This document shows, in pieces, positions 57,714-64,000 of a stretch of DNA of 64,000 nt; position 1 is the stretch's first letter, and every line of letters begins with the position of its first letter. Origin of the DNA: Octopus vulgaris. Its lineage: Eukaryota. Made by a program: the position numbers and the translations under genes. The stretch covers positions 121,086,001-121,150,000 of the forward strand of contig OX597814.1 in the NCBI GenBank assembly GCA_951406725.2, in the 5' to 3' direction. The notes beneath the pieces are model-generated. The model searched no databases. It was not told the origin of the DNA and saw only the letters and a list, made by a program, of their open reading frames with translations.

Positions 57714-58003
57714 GAAGGCGCAATGGCCCAGTAGTTAGGGCAACGGCTCGCGGTCGGAGGATCGTGGTTTCGATTCCCAGACCAGGTGTTGTGTATGTTT
57801 ATTGAGCGAAAACACCTTAACGTTCCACGAGGCTTCGGCAGGGGTTGGTAGCGACCCCTGTTGTACTCTTTCGCTACAACTTTCTCTCTCTCTCTCTTCC
57901 TGTTTCTTGAGTAACGCTGCGATGGACTGGCGTCCCGTCCAGGACACAGAAACCGGGAAACCGGGACCATGAGCCTGGCTAGGCTTGAAAAGGGCGACAT
58001 TTA
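57714..58003 (+). mobile_element. SINE family C with V-domain-like tail
   Basis: tRNA-like head; ctgcgatggactggcgtcccgtccagg resembles the V-SINE domain as I recall it. Confidence 0.8.
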
Positions 58004-58778
58004 TCGTATTGTTATATATATATATATAGTAAAAATACTGGAAACTGCTGAATACATTTCGTGTAAGGTGATTTTGTAGTAGAAAAAAAATAATCATGTT
58101 AAACTGACCAAGATCTGGTTTTTGATGATGTTCAGCTTATCAAAAGTTTAGGTAATTTTTCCACATGGAAAATCGATGTGTGGTTTAGATTAATAAATAG
58201 CCATGTTGAATCTGTCATTTCCAAAACAAGGGACGCAGTTTTTATTTGTGTTTTATCGTCGCATGTGAACTAAAGTAAAGGATATATGTTTATAAAAGAG
58301 CATGCCTTTATGTTCACATGAAATATTTCTCCATTTCTTTTGTTTTCTTTCTTGAGGTTATCGGAACTTTCATTTGTCTTAATGTCAATGTTCATGTTAT
58401 TATAGATCAAATGTAGTACGATAATAGGGAAGACCTATCGCATAACTTTCAATTCTGTGTACATATGTATTGAAAAAGAATCAAAAATCCTTCCCTTTCC
58501 AACAGCACCTATGTTTCGTTTCCTAGACATTTTATATATATATTCCCAACAGTCTTATGTTTGTCCTTTGCATAATTGTTCCTCCTACAATTACTCATTC
58601 TTACCAACTGACTGAACTGAAGTGATGTGAAGTACAGTGTTTTGCTGACGCACACAAAATACCCATTGTCCAGGTATCGAAGCAACGATCTTACGGTCAG
58701 AAGTTCATGATTGCAACACCCTAACCACTAAACAACAGGTCTTAACATATACAGCTATGTATATACATGCGTACGTAT

Positions 58779-58864
<86 letters not shown>

Positions 58865-59304
58865 GTACATGCATATATGTCTGCATATGCATAAATGCTA
58901 ATACTTAAGGGTAGCTATGTGTGCGTATATGTGTATATGTGTGAGTGTGTGCACATACACAAAAAATGTACATATACATACACACACACTCTGAAACATA
59001 TAAATGATTAATACGTATAGGCTTTTATGCACCAGGAATCCTTATCAGAGATCCTCTCATAGCATTTAATGCAGTATAATGAGTTCTAACACAACTTCCG
59101 CGTTAAGTTGGATATCAAGATTATATTTTGTTACTAATACTGCTTCTGTCGCTATTAATTATTCATCAATTATAGATGTATACACACACATACACACAGA
59201 ACTACACATACATATAGGCGTAGATAAACGCACACATTCACACATACACACACACATCTACATGCAGGATGTTTGGTCTACACTTGACAATTGGCATGAT
59301 AGGG

Positions 59305-59344
<40 letters not shown>

Positions 59345-59399
59345 CAATTTAATAAATAAAACATATGCATAAATACATACATATATGTACATACCTACA

Positions 59400-59720
59400 T
59401 CTATATGTATATATACATGCATATATGGGTACAGGACACCACAAAATAACGTAGAACACAACGAGAAACGAAAGCATAAAAATAAAACATGGAAACGGAC
59501 TTATTTTAAGAACGAAAAAACAGAGTATAAGACATATAACACAAGGAACATTTCCCTTCTTCAGTTGCCCCTGTTTCGACTTATTACATGTTTCGAAGGT
59601 AAGGGCAGGACACGACTCCGTTGAAATAATCCTTCCGGCAAAGCAAATTAAATAAGTGACAAGAACAGGACAGTAAAAGCAATACAAATAAAGATAAAAA
59701 CAGTAAAAGACAGGACAAGG
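59400..59720 (-). mobile_element. Third copy of the 23-kb repeat family, with intact hammerhead core words
   Basis: ctttgccggaaggatt...tcgtgTCctgccctt-accttcGAAAcatg...aggggcaaCTGAAGAaggg...gtcctgtacccatatatgcatg. Confidence 0.8.
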
Positions 59721-59742
59721 AGAAACAAACGATACACACACA

Positions 59743-59803
<61 letters not shown>

Positions 59804-61053
59804 CATTCAAATGCCTTCTTGAGCTATAGTTATCCTCTTTAAATTTCGTAATATTTTGGCTAGTTTAGTCTGAAAGTTATGTGTAACATAGTGAACTTGA
59901 ACTACTTTCTGTAGACATTATTGATATCTATGCTTTAAAGTGCGGATGAACCATATCCACGTTCAAAGATTAGTACATAGACCTCAAAAATAGTATTAAC
60001 CTAATTTTGTAAACATCATACCAATAATAAGAATTAACTTCTATATGCTAATAAAATTATATAATATTGCTTAATGAATAATTTATCTACAAAAAAATAT
60101 GGGTCACACCTATATTACATCCGTTATATTGTTATTGGAAATCCTAGAAATTATCGAGACGAAGGAATATTTATTGATTTCTGTCCATTTATAGTACGTC
60201 TAAAGCGAAAGTAATCGATAGTCATTTTTCCTCTCCTATCACCTATTTTTTCGTCTAGGAAAAAATGTATTTCTTGTAAATTATTATTTCTATTTCGACA
60301 GATTTATGATATTTTTTTTTGCATCTTCTTGTTTCTTATTGATTGAAATATATAAACCCCCAGGGTGATAGTTCCAGGGAAAGAAATTGGATCATTCATT
60401 TGTCTAGCTCTAAGATATTGTACAGGAGTATTTTAATATATCTCTATTATTTCTGGTTGTATTTATTTTCTGACAGTGTGCAATTATTAAAACAGTGTGC
60501 AATTATTAAAATGGTGTATCTGTAACATAAGCTGGAAATTAGGGTTTTAGTTATGATATTAAATGTCCGGTATCTTCCAGTTAAGGAGATAACACACGCA
60601 CATACGCAGAGACACATATACTTATACATATACACCACTATATATAGGGGTAAGTATGTGTGCGAGTATGTCTCTGTGTGTGCGCGTGTGTGTATGTGGA
60701 GCGTGTGTGGGGGGAGGAGGAGGACGTTATTCGGAATTATGTATGTTTGCAAAGATGTTTTAAGTTACTATGTAGAAATGAAAAGCCCATTGAAACATTT
60801 AGAAAAAATGAGACTGTTAGAACATATCTCCAATGCTGAGACACGAACACACATCGATGTTTAGTTTTTAAACCCTGACACTTTAAAAATATACCATTTA
60901 AAGTTGCAGGATATGTGTGTTGAATAGTTACAATTTGATGAAGTCGAGAGAGACGGCTGCTAGAATATTTTTTGAAAATATTCTTCCAGAATAAAAAATA
61001 CGAAAAAAAAAATCTTAGGGAAGCAAGGAAAATGAATTCGCAATATCTGATAT

Positions 61054-61240
61054 AGACGTAGAATTGGCCGAGTGGTAAGTAGCTTGCTTACGAACAACAT
61101 GTTTCCGGGTTCAGTCCCACAAAAGTGACAGATAGAATAAGTACTAGGGTAACAAAGAATAAGTCCTGGGGTCGATTTGCTCGACTAAAGGCGGTGCTCC
61201 AGCATAACCACAGTCAAATGACTAAAACAAGTAAAAGAAT
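61054..61240 (+). mobile_element. Internally deleted SINE family B
   Basis: Head (..ggttcagtcccac) joined directly to tail (gatagaataagtactag..). Confidence 0.85.
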
Positions 61241-62016
61241 ATACGGAGAAACCTTCACGATGAAGGGAAAGCATATCATATTTCATAAGTGTTACTGCTC
61301 ATGCTAGCAGTACTATGAGACATATGCCTGGGCTTACTGTACATAAATAACAAATCAAAGATTCATTTCTTAGAAATTTTCCAAGTATTGCACATCGTCA
61401 TATTTGAGGAAATGGGAAATTTGAAAATATTACTTTTATTCACAATAAAGGAAGAAATGATCGACTTTGAAAGGTAAATGTAGTCTATTTCATAGGAATT
61501 CTAAATCTGAAACTAAACAGGAAATATCGAACATCGCTACAACAAACAACCACCTGCATATTGATTAATATATGCCACGAGTGTGTGGAAAGCGGAAAGG
61601 GCAAAATACTTACAGACGCTACCTTCTATGGAGTACACGCCTGTCTGTGTTTTCACGATTTCTAATATTAATAATTACTAAATTAAGAAACTTCTTCAAC
61701 AAATATTTTAAGTGTATGAAGTCAATAACCTTTCCTAAAAGAATTTCAACGATGTGTGTGTTTGTGTATGTGAGAGAGCGAGTGTGTATGTTCTCTTCCT
61801 CTTTCTAATTTAGAATAAATTTTATCAGCAACTTGCTTGGTTGTAAGGTTGTGAAGTAAAGCGTACTGTTTTGTATATCGTCTTTTATATTTTAACTTCT
61901 TGCAGATCATTATTGTCCTGGAGATCGTGACCATGTGTAGTGTATGAATTAAGCCGAAGTTCGGCTATACTTTGCTGCAAATGAATTGGTATGTCTCTTA
62001 CTGCAATAATGATTTC

Positions 62017-62143
62017 CACAAGGGCAGCTTGGGAGAGGGGATTAAGTCAATTACATCGACCCCAGTACGTAGCTGGTACTTATTTAATCGACCCCGACAG
62101 GATGAAAGACAAGTCGACCTCGGCGGAATTTGAGCTCAGAACG
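62017..62143 (-). mobile_element. SINE family A, partial
   Basis: ggtacttatttaatcgaccccga..aagtcgacctcggcggaatttgag. Confidence 0.8.
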
Positions 62144-62346
62144 ATTTGTAAACACCTTATCTATGGTCCATAGATGCCTTCTTTCTCTTGTAATTTTCTA
62201 ACCACATTGGTGTATAAAGGATAACTGATTTCCAAATCAGAACAATCATATCTGGCTGGTTGTGTTATAATATAGTGTATGTTTTAATTTTTAAGTTCCA
62301 CTAATATTTTCTTTGACCCATCGATTTCAATATAGTGAGCTTCGTA

Positions 62347-62408
<62 letters not shown>

Positions 62409-62420
62409 CATTATTATTAT

Positions 62421-63005
62421 TCAGTAGTTTTATTTTTATAGCGTGCTTTCACTTCACTACCGAGCGCAGCTCTGTGTGCCTTGGGTATGTGCTGTGATTT
62501 ATTGTGATGCTCTGATGGTTATTGTATGGAAAGTGTTCTGCGTAGGATGTGTGCAGTGCCTAGTAGTGCAATTTTCTGTATGTTATATGTGTTTGTAAGT
62601 CCTGGTGTTTTTGTTATGTATTTGTCTGAATATTTTTTTATCATGCCTAATGCACCTACTATGATAGGAATTGTTTCTGTTTTCAGGTTCCACATTCTAG
62701 TTACCTCTATTTCCAGGTCTTTGTATTTTGAGAGTTTCTCCATTTCTTTTAGAGACACGTTGTCATCTGCCGGTATTGATACATCAATTAGAAAGCATTT
62801 TTTTTCTTCATGATCTCTGACAACTATATCTGGTCTGTTGGCCTTAATTTCTCTATCTGTGTGTATCGGCATATTCCAGAGTATGGTTGCTTTCTCGTTT
62901 TCTGTGACCTTTTCTGGTGTGTGCCTATACCATCTTTTTTCTGTTGTTATTCCATAATGTTGGCATAGCTTCCAATGTATGTAGGTTCCAACTCTGTCAT
63001 GTCTG
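62421..63005 (-). mobile_element. 5'-truncated R4/Dong-like LINE (RLE domain, uninterrupted ~160 codons, plus 3' UTR) between (TAA)n arrays
   Basis: RHDRV..IHW.LC, ILWN..I.TD..I.ANRPDIVV, LIDVSIP, EKLSKYKDL, PIIVGALG. Confidence 0.92.
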
Positions 63006-63021
63006 TTTATTATTATTATTA

Positions 63022-63092
<71 letters not shown>

Positions 63093-64000
63093 GTTTATGG
63101 GTTTTTCTTCTTCTTTCAAATTTGCTTCCATTTCTTGCCGAGTGTCTTCCCGACTCCTGGGGCAAAGAAAGTCATTGTACACATTGGTAGGCCATTAAAA
63201 TAAACTCACTAATTGGTTCATTTTTTTTCATATTTTTTTATAGGAATAAAGTTAACTTAAAATATATGGGTAGTAATAGTTCTCACATCGACAATGCTCT
63301 TCTCAATACGTGTGATGTACCAGTTAAGACAATCTTTTGCACTTCTTGCAGGGATGGTAAGCCAGGGATCATTCTCATATAATTTTCGGTTCCCTTCTTG
63401 ATCATTCCTAGTGCTCCTACGATCACTGGTATTGTAACCGCCCTGAGAAGCCACATTTTCTCAATTTCAATGAGCAAGTTTTTATATTTTCTGAGCTTGT
63501 CAAACTCTTTCGCCGAGATATTATGATCACAGGGGATGCTCATGTCGATCAATAAGCAAACTTTATTGTTTTGGTCTTTCACAACAATATCCGATTTATT
63601 GGCCTTGATGGTTAGGTCTATATGTACTGGAAAGTCCCACAGAATCGTTACATTTTCTCATTCAGTTACAGCTTCAGGGTGGTGATTATACTACTTGTCG
63701 GCAGTTTTGATATTGTAATGCCGACTTATTAGCCAGTGTAGATATTGGTCAACTCTGTCATGTCTTAATTTATACTCCACTGGAGCTAAGACTTTACATC
63801 CAGAGATTAGGTGGTCCACTGTTTCAATCATGTCGTTGCAGAATCGGCATTTTGGGTCTGCTCCATTTTTCATCACATTGGCCTGGTAGTTCCGGGTTAA
63901 TAGGCTTTGATCTTGAGCAGCCAGGATGAAACCTTCGCTCGCTGCTTTTAGCCCTGAGCTCCGTAGCCACTGATGGGTTTGCTTCGGGTCAACATCAGCT
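63093..64000 (-). mobile_element. R4/Dong-like LINE, second subfamily, running off the window
   Basis: EGFILAAQDQSL, CCHC knuckle CRFC..ETVDHLISGC, RHDRV, LIDMSIP, PVIVGALG; internal stops. Confidence 0.92.

Overview
Gene-poor, AT-rich eukaryotic DNA, probably from an octopus. That assignment is inferred from the tRNA-derived SINE families and the very high (TA)n/(TG)n/(TAA)n load, and was not checked by a search. Almost all ORFs in the track are microsatellite translations, and I found no intact protein-coding gene. The window is a mosaic of four SINE families with shuffled heads and tails, R4/Dong-type RLE LINE fragments in (TAA)n arrays, and Penelope-like remnants including a GIY-YIG fragment. 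It also holds non-autonomous Helitrons, decayed Tc1/mariner and MULE transposases, and several MITEs. The main hidden signal is RNA structure. There are three near-canonical minimal type I hammerhead ribozyme motifs (1268, 12133, 36410) plus degenerate ones; the 36410 motif lies inside a perfect 146-bp-arm palindrome. A three-copy repeat family (about 23150, 23790, 59543) carries all three hammerhead core strands in reversed, non-circularly-permuted order, which would be a new pseudoknotted hammerhead topology if it cleaves. Three possible minus-strand micro-exons lie at 44-46 kb.
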